A stretch of 55,601 nt of DNA. Origin: Prevotellaceae bacterium. Lineage in GTDB: Bacteria; Bacteroidota; Bacteroidia; Bacteroidales; UBA932. The translations under genes and the position numbers were made by a program. Shown one piece after another: positions 1 through 8,231 of this stretch (position 1 is the stretch's first letter; the number at the start of each line of letters is the position of its first letter). The notes under the pieces are model-generated. The model searched no databases. It was not told the origin of the DNA and saw only the letters and a list, made by a program, of their open reading frames with translations. The stretch lies in NCBI GenBank assembly GCA_031276235.1, contig JAISNL010000046.1, positions 1 to 55,601 of the forward strand, read 5' to 3'.

Positions 1-109
1 TACGCATAAAACGACGGCAGTAACAACAATATACACCCGCAACAGTGAAGATGCAAATGTCGTAAAATCGTTGAAACACCGTTCTTTTGTTTAATTTTCG
101 TAATGTCAT
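1..109 (-). CDS. possible 5' end of a membrane-protein gene running off the left edge (partial)
   Basis: ATG at 109..107 opens a stop-free minus-strand frame to the window edge ('MTLRKLNKRTVFQRFYDICIFTVAGVYCC...'). It has a basic N-terminus followed by a hydrophobic stretch. Too short to classify. Confidence 0.25.
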   Translation of the reverse strand, partial: MTLRKLNKRTVFQRFYDICIFTVAGVYCCYCRRFMR

Positions 110-419
110 TTTCGAGAAAATTTTACTTATTAATTTTTTGCAAAGTAAATGCAATTAATCCGCCAGCCAAATACCATGTTTATGGTATTTTGATGACGTA
201 CATACGTAAACCCTATAATGCAGTTCAAAATTATTACAGTAAATTATATTTGTAAATGGCGACTATACAGGGGGCTTGCTTTTGAAAATTGAAAATACAA
301 TTTTTGATTATCAATAATGTACAAGATTGGAACAGTGATTTTTTAACTTTAGCGGACAACAATGTTTTTTCCTATTTTCTTCTCACAATTTTTGCCTGCG
401 ATAAGTATAAACTATAATT

Positions 420-950
420 TTAACAGTCTGGATTAATCTTTTGAAGCAAGATTTCGTTTTGCCAGCCATTGCTGGTTTTCATCCACTGTTTTTTGATGCC
501 GACAATATCGAAGCCTATATTTGTAAGCATTTTTATACTTTTTGTGTTGCTTTCATCTACATTACAATAAACTTGATGAAGCCGTAAAATATTGAAACAA
601 TAATCTACAATCAAATTCAGAGCCTCAGTAGCAAACCCTTGTCGACGATTGCTTTCGGCATATATAAGTACTCCAAGCGCAATACGTTCGTGCATCGGAT
701 CGAAATCGAACAAATCAACAGTGCCTACAGCGCTACCTGTTGTTTTATTTTCAATCATCAATCGCAATTGTCCTGTTTCAAAAATATCTTTGTATGAATT
801 TTCAATATACAGTTTAAGCGCATAACGCGAATACGGCACAACAGTATTGCTTACGTTCCAAATGTTTACATCGTTTTCCCATAAATACAGAATGTCCAAA
901 TCTTCGGGTTCGAGCGGACGCAAACGGATATTTACTGTTTCTAAAAACAT
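420..950 (-). CDS. GNAT family N-acetyltransferase (RimJ/RimL-like)
   Basis: 176-aa ORF with 'LRPLEPEDLDILYLWEND' at the N-terminus and an acetyl-CoA-site style 'RRQGFATEALNLIVDY' motif. Confidence 0.8.
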   Translation of the reverse strand: MFLETVNIRLRPLEPEDLDILYLWENDVNIWNVSNTVVPYSRYALKLYIENSYKDIFETGQLRLMIENKTTGSAVGTVDLFDFDPMHERIALGVLIYAESNRRQGFATEALNLIVDYCFNILRLHQVYCNVDESNTKSIKMLTNIGFDIVGIKKQWMKTSNGWQNEILLQKINPDC

Positions 951-957
951 TACAATA

Positions 958-2145
958 TTAGGTCATCAGTTTCTTTATTGCTTTAGCCAGACGCTTAACG
1001 CCTTCGGTGTTCATTTCTTCCGACATGTATGAAAAGTTGATACGCATCGTATTTTTCCCAGAGCCATCGCAGAAAAATGCATTGCCAAGTACAAATGCTA
1101 CGTTTTCTTTAATCGCAATATCAAACAAATCTTTGGCATCCATATAATCGGGAAGCGTAATAAACAGAAATAATCCGCCTTCGGGGCGAGTCCATTGAAC
1201 GCCTTCGGGCATATATTTTTCAAACGCGGCAATCATTCCATCGCGTTTGCGGTGATAATTTTCAATTATTTTCGGAATATTTTGGTCAAGATAGCCTTTT
1301 TCTAAAAACTTTGCCGCTATTTTTTGGTCAAGTACGGGCGAACACAAATCAACCGATTGTTTTGCAGTTACAATTTTATCTATTATTGTTTCGTGAGCGA
1401 TAACCCATCCGAGACGAAATCCCGGAACAAAAATTTTAGAAAACGTGCCAAGTAAAATTACTCGTCCCGAATTGTCCATTTCGTACATTGTTTTTATATG
1501 TTCGCCCTCAAAACGCACTTCGCGATAGGGGCAGTCTTCTACTATCAGCACATCATATTTTTCGGCAACGCGAAGAACCATACGGCGGTCGGCTTCAGTC
1601 ATTGTAACTCCCGAAGGATTCTGAAAATCGGGAATTGTGTAGATAAATTTTGGAAGTTCTTTCAATGTCTGCATCACTTCCAGCGTGCTGTCGAGCGCGG
1701 CATCGTAGCGTATTCCTACCATGTTTGCTCCGTAAGCGTTGAATGCCTGCAAGGCTCCGAGATATGATGGCAATCCGCACACAACCTTGTCGCCTCTATT
1801 CAGCAAAATTTTGCTTACCAAATCAAGTCCCTGCTGGGATGCGGTTACGATTACAAGATTTTTCAAGTCAATATTAAATCCCTGTTTATTGTAGCGATCT
1901 ACCAGCAGTTTGCGAAGTTTCAAATCACCTTCGGTTTCGCCGTATTGAAGGGCTTTTGCTCCGTCTTCGTCCAATACTTCGCAAGCAACTTCTTTCATTT
2001 TTTCAATAGGAAACAAATCGGGCGCAGGAAAACCGCCTGCAAATGAAATAACATCAGGATTATTTGTAAATTTTAGCAGTTCTCTGATTGATGAACGCTT
2101 CATACTTTTTGCGGTTTTAGAAAATTTTTGTGTAATATCTTTCAT
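958..2145 (-). CDS. PLP-dependent aminotransferase, class I/II (2-aminoadipate/aromatic aminotransferase-like)
   Basis: 395 aa. 'ISFAGGFPAPDLFP' is typical of this subfamily, and 'GTFSKIFVPGFRLGW' contains the PLP lysine context. Confidence 0.85.
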   Translation of the reverse strand: MKDITQKFSKTAKSMKRSSIRELLKFTNNPDVISFAGGFPAPDLFPIEKMKEVACEVLDEDGAKALQYGETEGDLKLRKLLVDRYNKQGFNIDLKNLVIVTASQQGLDLVSKILLNRGDKVVCGLPSYLGALQAFNAYGANMVGIRYDAALDSTLEVMQTLKELPKFIYTIPDFQNPSGVTMTEADRRMVLRVAEKYDVLIVEDCPYREVRFEGEHIKTMYEMDNSGRVILLGTFSKIFVPGFRLGWVIAHETIIDKIVTAKQSVDLCSPVLDQKIAAKFLEKGYLDQNIPKIIENYHRKRDGMIAAFEKYMPEGVQWTRPEGGLFLFITLPDYMDAKDLFDIAIKENVAFVLGNAFFCDGSGKNTMRINFSYMSEEMNTEGVKRLAKAIKKLMT

Positions 2146-2205
2146 GGTGATAAAATATATTAAATGTTATTTATGTAATTGACGGCAAAATTATATTTTT
2201 TTTTC

Positions 2206-2213
2206 TAATTTTG
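2206..2213 (+). promoter_or_regulatory. Bacteroidota -7 promoter element TAATTTTG
   Basis: Matches the TAnnTTTG consensus 22 nt upstream of the ATG at 2235. Confidence 0.45.
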
Positions 2214-2234
2214 CATCAAAAAAATTGTTTTTTT

Positions 2235-3257
2235 ATGATATTTTTATTGAAAATTATAATTATATTAATAATATTCTTAAAATCAAATGAATATATAAGC
2301 GCTCAAACTTCTCAATTCAGAGTAATGTTTTTCAATGTTGAAAATTATTTCGATACTTTTGATGATGACAAAACGCTTGATGAAGATTTCACTCCAACAG
2401 GTTCATATCACTGGACTTGGGAGAAGTTTTTGGCAAAACGCAATGCTTTGGCTAAAATCATTATTGCAGTCGGCGAGGGTAAAGCGCCGTCTATTGCAGG
2501 TTTATGCGAAATAGAAAATCGTTTTGTGCTTAACCAGCTCGTAAACGAAACTCCGCTTGCAAACTTTGATTATCGCATCGTGCATCGAGATTCGCCCGAC
2601 AGCAGAGGAATAGATGTTGCTTTGCTTTATAATGCGACTGATTTCAGGTTGCTGCATCAAAATTTTTATGCGGTTTCGCAAAGTTTCAAAACTCGCGAAA
2701 TTCTTTATGTAAAAGGTATTTTTTGTGAACTTGATACTTTGCACGTTTTTGTTAACCATTTTCCGTCGAAACGCGGAGGCGCAAAAAACAGCGAGCCGCG
2801 CCGAATTGCAGCAGCCAACGAGTTAAAACGTCTATACGATTCAATTATCAATACAAACAATAATGCAAATATTTTGATTATGGGCGATTTTAACGATACG
2901 CCCGACAGCGAACCTGTAACTAAAATATTGCAGGCAAAAGATGATTTCAACAATATAAACAGACTTGATTTGTATAATCTTGCCTTACCGATGATGAAAA
3001 ATGGAGAAGGAACAATTAAATTTCAAGGAATTTGGGAATTTATCGATTTAATGTTTGTATCGGGGAATATGTTGATGGAAGGCAATAAAATAAGCTGTTC
3101 TCAATCGGATTTCAGAATTTTCAAAGCTCCGCAGTTATTTGAAAAAGATAAAGCTTATGTTGGCGAAAAGCCAAAACGGACGTTTATTGGGATAAAATAT
3201 AATGGCGGCATAAGCGACCATCTTCCTGTTTACATACAAATAAATGTAAAAAAGTAA
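2235..3257 (+). CDS. endonuclease/exonuclease/phosphatase (EEP) family protein, secreted
   Basis: ORF track starts at TTG 2211. The ATG at 2235 gives a signal-like 'MIFLLKIIIILIIFL'. 'FRVMFFNVENYF', 'GDFND' and 'ISDHLPV' are EEP catalytic motifs. Confidence 0.75.
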   Translation: MIFLLKIIIILIIFLKSNEYISAQTSQFRVMFFNVENYFDTFDDDKTLDEDFTPTGSYHWTWEKFLAKRNALAKIIIAVGEGKAPSIAGLCEIENRFVLNQLVNETPLANFDYRIVHRDSPDSRGIDVALLYNATDFRLLHQNFYAVSQSFKTREILYVKGIFCELDTLHVFVNHFPSKRGGAKNSEPRRIAAANELKRLYDSIINTNNNANILIMGDFNDTPDSEPVTKILQAKDDFNNINRLDLYNLALPMMKNGEGTIKFQGIWEFIDLMFVSGNMLMEGNKISCSQSDFRIFKAPQLFEKDKAYVGEKPKRTFIGIKYNGGISDHLPVYIQINVKK

Positions 3258-3264
3258 AATCATT

Positions 3265-3650
3265 CAGTTGACAGTTGACAGTTAAAAATGCAGGGGCGAA
3301 AAATTTTTCGCCCGAAAATAATAAAACATCTTTGCGAACCCGCAGAGTGAAGCCAACCGGAAAAACGAAGAGTTGAAAAAATAACTGTCAACCGTCAAGT
3401 TTTAACCTTTTAGCCTGAAGTTCGAGGCTTTTAGCATCGAGTTTGAGTCTTTTAGCATTGCTTCGCTGCCTGATGCCATGACGCTGTCGTCAATCATTTC
3501 GTACACCTTGTCACGTCCTAAAAAAAGTTGACATGTTAATACTAAATTTTTGTTATTTATTTTTATACGTTTCATGTTTATTATTTTTTTAGTCAACCCA
3601 TAGTAGGACATGACACCTGCAATAAACTGTCAATTGTCAACTGTCAACTG
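3265..3650. repeat. composite MITE/REP-like intergenic element, copy 1 (paralog of 28511-28788)
   Basis: Left terminus 'cagttgacagttgacag' (3265-). 20-nt perfect palindrome GGGCGAAAAATTTTTCGCCC (3294-3313). Inner right terminus 'aactgtcaaccgtcaag' (~3383-3400). 21-bp 'ttttagc..' sub-repeats x3 (3408-3470). Outer right terminus 'ctgtcaattgtcaactgtcaactg' (-3650). Near-identical by eye to 28511-28788. Confidence 0.85.
3508..3617. mobile_element. nested ~110-bp MITE-like insertion inside repeat copy 1
   Basis: Absent from the otherwise collinear copy 2, whose empty site is 'gtacacc|tgcaataaa' at 28767/28768. Bounded by direct 'acacc' (3503-3507 and 3613-3617). Imperfect terminal inverted repeats TGTCAcGTCCTA..GTTGAC / GTCAAC..TAGGACaTGACA. 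Confidence 0.75.
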
Positions 3651-3660
3651 TTTCGCATGG

Positions 3661-4164
3661 CTATGACGTCATTCGCGCTTTGTTCCATTCGCCAACTTCG
3701 AGATTTGCAATGTTATCACCGCTTATTTCAAAACGCGTTGCTGTGAGCACGGCGTGAAAGCCATAGTTTCCTGCGGCTCCGGGATTTATATGCAGAAAGC
3801 CAAACTGCTTATCGTTCATCACTTTCAAAATATGCGAATGTCCACAAATAAAGAGTTTGGGAGGATTTATCAAAAATTCTTTATAAATCGAATAATCGTA
3901 ATGCGATGGATAGCCTCCAATATGCGTAATCATTACATCTACATTTTCGCAAATAAACCGAAGGATTTTCGGATATACAATGCGAACATCCTGTCCATCG
4001 CAATTTCCGTGAACACCGCGCAGGGGCTTAAACGCGGCAATTGCATCGGCAGTTGCGATATTGCCAAAATCGCCTGCATGCCAAATTTCATCAACATCGG
4101 CAAAAAAATTCTTCAATTTATCATCGAAAGTTCCGTGAGTATCGGAAAGCAAACCTATTTTCAT
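3661..4164 (-). CDS. metallophosphoesterase, YfcE/MJ0936 family
   Basis: 167 aa. 'MKIGLLSDTHG', 'HAGD', 'GNCD' and 'CGHSH' are metallophosphoesterase motifs in canonical order. Confidence 0.85.
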   Translation of the reverse strand: MKIGLLSDTHGTFDDKLKNFFADVDEIWHAGDFGNIATADAIAAFKPLRGVHGNCDGQDVRIVYPKILRFICENVDVMITHIGGYPSHYDYSIYKEFLINPPKLFICGHSHILKVMNDKQFGFLHINPGAAGNYGFHAVLTATRFEISGDNIANLEVGEWNKARMTS

Positions 4165-4208
4165 TTGTCTGATTTTAAATATTTTTCAATATGTGCATTT
4201 TTATTTTA

Positions 4209-4216
4209 TAACTTTG
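4209..4216 (+). promoter_or_regulatory. -7 promoter element TAACTTTG upstream of rsmE
   Basis: TAnnTTTG match 30 nt upstream of the ATG at 4246. Confidence 0.45.
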
Positions 4217-4245
4217 CAAAGTTATATTTTAATTTTAACGTAGAA

Positions 4246-4950
4246 ATGTATGTTTTTTACAGTCCCGATATTAGCGGAATACATTATTGCCTGAACGAAA
4301 CAGAATCCAGACACTGTTGCGGCGTATTGCGGTTGAATACTGATGATTTGATTTATCTGATTGATGGTTGCGGAAATTTTTATACTGCCAGAATTGTCGA
4401 TTTGTCTGCAAAAAAATGCGAGGTTGAAATTATTGATGTAAAAAATAATTACGGACAGCGCAGTTACAAACTGCATATTGCAATAGCGCCGACAAAAAGT
4501 ATTGACAGATTTGAGTGGTTTTTGGAAAAAGCTACCGAAATAGGCATAGATGAAATTACTCCTCTTGTTTGCGAACATTCGGAACGACAAATATTGAAAC
4601 TTGAGCGGCTGCAAAAAGTAATTATTGCAGCGGCAAAGCAGTCGGTAAAAGCATTTTTGCCGAAAATAAATGAACTAACGAATTTTCAAAAAATTGCAGA
4701 ACGGAAATTTGAGGGCAAAAAATTAATTGCGCATTGCCATGAAAGCGCAAAGACTGCTTTGCAGAAAATAATCAAACCGCATGACAATGTTCTTGTTTTT
4801 ATTGGTCCTGAAGGCGATTTTTCTAAAGATGAAATACAGATTGCTCTGCAAAACGATTTTGTTGAAGTTGGTTTGGGCAATTCGCGCCTGCGCACCGAAA
4901 CGGCTGCCGTTCACGTTTGCAGCGCTGTATGTTTGATTAACGGGGACTGA
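4246..4950 (+). CDS. rsmE: 16S rRNA (uracil1498-N3)-methyltransferase RsmE
   Basis: The internal ATG at 4246 of the 3754..4950 ORF removes the part antisense to yfcE. 'MYVFYSP', 'HCCGVLRL', 'KSIDRFEWFLEKATEIGIDEITPL', 'GPEGDFSKDE' and 'LGNSRLRTETA' match the RsmE pattern. Confidence 0.85.
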   Translation: MYVFYSPDISGIHYCLNETESRHCCGVLRLNTDDLIYLIDGCGNFYTARIVDLSAKKCEVEIIDVKNNYGQRSYKLHIAIAPTKSIDRFEWFLEKATEIGIDEITPLVCEHSERQILKLERLQKVIIAAAKQSVKAFLPKINELTNFQKIAERKFEGKKLIAHCHESAKTALQKIIKPHDNVLVFIGPEGDFSKDEIQIALQNDFVEVGLGNSRLRTETAAVHVCSAVCLINGD

Positions 4951-4954
4951 AATC

Positions 4955-5860
4955 TCAACCGTTTTTTCTCAGCACATAAATCATCGAACTGCCTTTGTCC
5001 TTATTGTGCAGAGCTTTGACAGTTGATACAGCGCCTATAAACATTGCTTTTACAAATGCAGAAAAGATGTTGACTTTTTTGTATCTCTCGCTCAACAGCG
5101 AGACGTAAAAAGCATCTAAAAGCATTGGTTTTTTATATGCAATATTGAAGTTGAACTTTTTAATCAGCAATTCTATTGTTTCCGGCGTAAAATGCCATAA
5201 ATGACGCGGAATATCATAGCCAGCCCAGTAAGTTCTGTAATGCTTTGCATCGTATGAGTTGCAATTGGGCAAAGCAATCACGGCAATACCATCAGGCAAA
5301 AGCAAGTCATATATTTTTTCCATTATCTCATCCAAATCTTCTATCCGTTCAAGCACATGCCACAAAGTAATTATATCAAAACTTGATTTCCGAAATTTAT
5401 ATATGTGTGATTCCTGTTTCACAAACAATTTGAAATATTCGACTGCCATTTTGTTGGCGCGTTCGTTTTTTTGTATGCCGAAAGTTTCCCAGCCTTTACG
5501 TCTGGCTGCGTTTAGAAAATATCCCGTGCCGCAACCGATATCAAGAATTTTGCCTGTGCGTTTTTTCGATTGTTTACAAACCAGTTTCAGTTTATTCTTC
5601 ACCATGTATTTTCGCACAAAATGATAAAGTTTATTTATAAAACCTTTTTTTGTATCAGAATGCGAAATATATTGCGGGTTGTCATAATACTTGCCAATAC
5701 TGTGATTTGATGGAAATTTATTTGTAAATAAAAAACCGCACTGTTTGCAAATATATGTTTCAAATCTTTCTCCGCTCACAAGATAATCTTTGCAAAAAAA
5801 CTCATGTTTTACTCTGATGCTGCCACATAAAGGACATTTTTTAATAGTAATAATGCTCAT
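4955..5860 (-). CDS. class I SAM-dependent methyltransferase with N-terminal zinc-ribbon
   Basis: 301 aa. 'CPLCGS'...'CKQCGF' forms a Cys4 ribbon. SAM motif I is 'ILDIGCGTGYF'. Confidence 0.8.
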   Translation of the reverse strand: MSIITIKKCPLCGSIRVKHEFFCKDYLVSGERFETYICKQCGFLFTNKFPSNHSIGKYYDNPQYISHSDTKKGFINKLYHFVRKYMVKNKLKLVCKQSKKRTGKILDIGCGTGYFLNAARRKGWETFGIQKNERANKMAVEYFKLFVKQESHIYKFRKSSFDIITLWHVLERIEDLDEIMEKIYDLLLPDGIAVIALPNCNSYDAKHYRTYWAGYDIPRHLWHFTPETIELLIKKFNFNIAYKKPMLLDAFYVSLLSERYKKVNIFSAFVKAMFIGAVSTVKALHNKDKGSSMIYVLRKNG

Positions 5861-5951
5861 AATTCAGCTAATTTTAAAATGCAAAGTTGTAAAAATTTAT
5901 TGAAATTTTAGATAATTATTGCAAATAATATGCAGCAAATTATAAAAATAT

Positions 5952-5959
5952 TAATTTTG
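5952..5959 (+). promoter_or_regulatory. -7 promoter element TAATTTTG upstream of pcm
   Basis: TAnnTTTG match 15 nt upstream of the ATG at 5974. Confidence 0.4.
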
Positions 5960-5973
5960 CACGCTTAAAAGTT

Positions 5974-6621
5974 ATGACAGATTCATTTTTACATAAAGGA
6001 TTACGGAAAAAACTTGTTGACGAATTGCGTACGAAAGGTATTGATAATGAAATAATACTTGCGGCGATTGGAAAAGTTCCTCGGCATTTTTTTGTTGACG
6101 GCAGTTTTGCCCGAGATGCTTACGAAGACAAGCCTTTTTCAATCGGAGCCGGTCAAACAATATCGCAACCGTTTACCGTTGCGTTTCAAACCCAGTTGCT
6201 TGATGTCAAAAAATTTGACAAAGTTCTTGAAATAGGCACAGGCTCAGGCTATCAAACCGCCATACTTCTCGAACTCGGAGCAACTGTTTATACTATTGAA
6301 CGGCAGCGTGAACTGTTTGTAAAATATCAGCAAATATTGATGCAAATGAATTATCAGCCCTATTCATTCCTTGGCGATGGCTACGAAGGAAAGCCTGTGT
6401 TTGCGCCTTTCAACAGAATTTTGATAACAGCAGGAGCAAAAACCGTTCCGCAAAAATTGCTTGAACAATTGGCTGTTGGAGGCAGAATGGTAATTCCCGT
6501 AGGAGATTCCGAAACGCAGGAAATGACTGTTATTGACAAATTATCTGCTGACAACTATAAAACGGCAAAATTCGGAAAGTTTTCATTCGTTCCCATGCTG
6601 CATGGAACAGTTAACAGTTGA
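5974..6621 (+). CDS. pcm: protein-L-isoaspartate O-methyltransferase
   Basis: 215 aa. 'GQTISQPFTVAFQTQLL' and 'VLEIGTGSGYQTAIL' are Pcm signatures. The last codons and stop (..TVNS*) lie inside the repeat terminus. Confidence 0.9.
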   Translation: MTDSFLHKGLRKKLVDELRTKGIDNEIILAAIGKVPRHFFVDGSFARDAYEDKPFSIGAGQTISQPFTVAFQTQLLDVKKFDKVLEIGTGSGYQTAILLELGATVYTIERQRELFVKYQQILMQMNYQPYSFLGDGYEGKPVFAPFNRILITAGAKTVPQKLLEQLAVGGRMVIPVGDSETQEMTVIDKLSADNYKTAKFGKFSFVPMLHGTVNS

Positions 6622-6759
6622 CAGTGATAATAATGAACGTCATCGTTCTTTGCAACCGTAGTGCAACGGAGCTCGGCGTAAGCCAATCCAGAAGAGTGAA
6701 ATAGTAAACAGTAAATAGCGAAAAAATAACTGTCAACTGTTAACTGTCAACTAATTTAT
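6608..6759. repeat. MITE/REP-like element (single unit)
   Basis: Left terminus 'cagttaacagttgacagtga'. The core is homologous to 3320-3400 ('tctttgcaacc..gccaatccagaagagtgaaa..aaaaaataactgtcaactg'). Right terminus 'aactgtcaactgttaactgtcaactaatttat'. The termini are reverse complements of each other. Confidence 0.8.
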
Positions 6760-6776
6760 GATATTAACTCATTTTT

Positions 6777-6807
6777 TTTGCTGTTCGACTTAAATTTTGT
6801 ACTTTTG
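6777..6807 (+). promoter_or_regulatory. Bacteroidota promoter (TTTG-N19-TACTTTTG) for serC operon
   Basis: -33 TTTG at 6777-6780 and -7 TACTTTTG at 6800-6807, 38 nt upstream of the serC ATG. Confidence 0.6.
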
Positions 6808-6844
6808 GCAAAATTTTAATTGTAAAAAATAAATTATTAAAAAT

Positions 6845-7906
6845 ATGAAACAACACAATTTTGGAGCAGGTCCATGTATCCTGCCACAACAGACGCTTGA
6901 TGCTACGGCAAAAGCAATTATCAATTTTAACGGATTATCGGTGCTGGAAATTTCGCACCGTTCAAAAGATTGGGAAGCCGTGATGAACGAATGTCGCTCA
7001 TTGTGGAAAGAACTGCTCAACATTCCGGATGGCTATCATATACTTTTTTTGGCGGGAGGCGCAAGCACTCAGTTTTTGAACATTCCTTTCAATTTACTTG
7101 AGAAAAAAGCAGCCTATCTTGACACTGGAGTATGGGCAAGTAAAGCGGCAAAAGAAGCCACACTGTTTGGCGAAACTGTAACAGTTGCATCTTCAAAGGA
7201 CAGAAACTACAATTATATTCCCAAAGGCTGGACAGTTCCGCAGGATGCAGATTATTTGCATATCACTACCAATAACACAATTTACGGAACGGAAATTCGT
7301 GAAGATTTTGACTGTCCTGTAAATCTTGTTGCCGATATGTCTTCGGATATAATGACGCGCAAAGTGGATGTTTCAAAATATGCTTTGATATACGGAGGCG
7401 CTCAAAAAAATGTGGGACCTGCCGGCGTAACTTTTGTTATCGTTCGCGAAGATATTTTGGGAAAAGTTTCGCGTAAACTTCCATCCATGGTCGATTACAG
7501 ACTGCATATCAAAAACGAATCAATGTACAATACGCCGCCGGTAATTTCTATTTTTATAATGAACGAAATGCTGAAATGGATAAAAGAATCGGGCGGAGTA
7601 GAAAAAATGGAAGAACTTGCAAAAAAACGCGCTGAAATTCTTTATGCCGAAATAGAACGCAATTCTCTGTTTAAGGGAACTGCCGAAAAAGATGCACGCT
7701 CTTATATGAATATCTGTTTTGTAATGACCGAAGAACACAGAGACAAAGAAACCGCATTTATGGAATTTGCCAAATCATGCGGAATGGTTGGTATTAAAGG
7801 ACATCGCTCTGTTGGCGGATTTCGCGCATCTTGCTACAACGCATTACCTGTGGAAAGCGTGCAGGAACTGATAAAATGTATGCAGAAATTTGAAAAAATG
7901 CAATAA
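6845..7906 (+). CDS. serC: 3-phosphoserine/phosphohydroxythreonine aminotransferase
   Basis: 353 aa. '[14 protein letters not shown]' at the N-terminus, 'GGASTQF', '[14 protein letters not shown]' with the PLP lysine, and '[11 protein letters not shown]'. Confidence 0.92.
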   Translation: MKQHNFGAGPCILPQQTLDATAKAIINFNGLSVLEISHRSKDWEAVMNECRSLWKELLNIPDGYHILFLAGGASTQFLNIPFNLLEKKAAYLDTGVWASKAAKEATLFGETVTVASSKDRNYNYIPKGWTVPQDADYLHITTNNTIYGTEIREDFDCPVNLVADMSSDIMTRKVDVSKYALIYGGAQKNVGPAGVTFVIVREDILGKVSRKLPSMVDYRLHIKNESMYNTPPVISIFIMNEMLKWIKESGGVEKMEELAKKRAEILYAEIERNSLFKGTAEKDARSYMNICFVMTEEHRDKETAFMEFAKSCGMVGIKGHRSVGGFRASCYNALPVESVQELIKCMQKFEKMQ

Positions 7907-7910
7907 AATT

Positions 7911-8231
7911 ATGAAAACAGGCGTATGGTTATCTTATGATTTGGGAATAAAAGGCGATTATTCGGGCTTGTATCAATGGCTGGATAGCCATGATGCGGTT
8001 GAATGTGGAAACAATATTGCCTTTTTCAAAATGGATGTTGCCGATAAAGATATTATTGAAACAGTAAAATCCGAAATCAACAAAAATGTTGACATAAAAA
8101 ATGGAGAACGTTTTTATTTAATATATAAAAAAGCAGATGGACGATATGCAGGTAAATATATTTTCGGCAACAGGAAAGCCAATCCATGGGAAGGATACGG
8201 GCAGCAACCGACAAATGAAGAAGATTTATAA
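7911..8231 (+). CDS. hypothetical protein, possible Cas2/VapD-like ferredoxin fold; partner of the PIN protein
   Basis: The ATG at 7911 is 4 nt after the serC stop (the track start at 7890 overlaps serC). 106 aa. 'VWLSYDL', 'ECGNNIAFFKMDV' and 'ERFYLIYK' are spaced like Cas2/VapD strands. The C-terminal tail is acidic. The stop overlaps the next ATG (TAATG). Confidence 0.5.
   Translation: MKTGVWLSYDLGIKGDYSGLYQWLDSHDAVECGNNIAFFKMDVADKDIIETVKSEINKNVDIKNGERFYLIYKKADGRYAGKYIFGNRKANPWEGYGQQPTNEEDL

Noticed and set aside
110-419. Hairpin AAATACCAT-gttt-ATGGTATTT (~170-192) and a possible small RNA in the first intergenic region.
   Set aside because: It is an AT-only stem with no T-tract and no recognisable RNA family signature. 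It is probably just promoter or terminator spacing between the GNAT gene and the edge gene.
2211-2234. TTG start at 2211 for the EEP gene.
   Set aside because: It overlaps the TAATTTTG promoter element. The ATG at 2235 yields a normal signal peptide.
3402-3611. 69-aa ORF across repeat copy 1, and 23951..24163 / 44271..44618 ORFs across REP-like elements.
   Set aside because: The equivalent frame in repeat copy 2 is interrupted by a stop. The products ('RFCEERSDETIQ', 'NIHNRRSATCG') look like translations of palindromic repeats rather than proteins.
3754-4245. N-terminal 164-aa extension of the rsmE ORF (track ORF 3754..4950).
   Set aside because: The extension is antisense to the well-supported yfcE-type phosphoesterase gene. 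RsmE homology begins at the ATG at 4246, which also has a TAnnTTTG motif 30 nt upstream.
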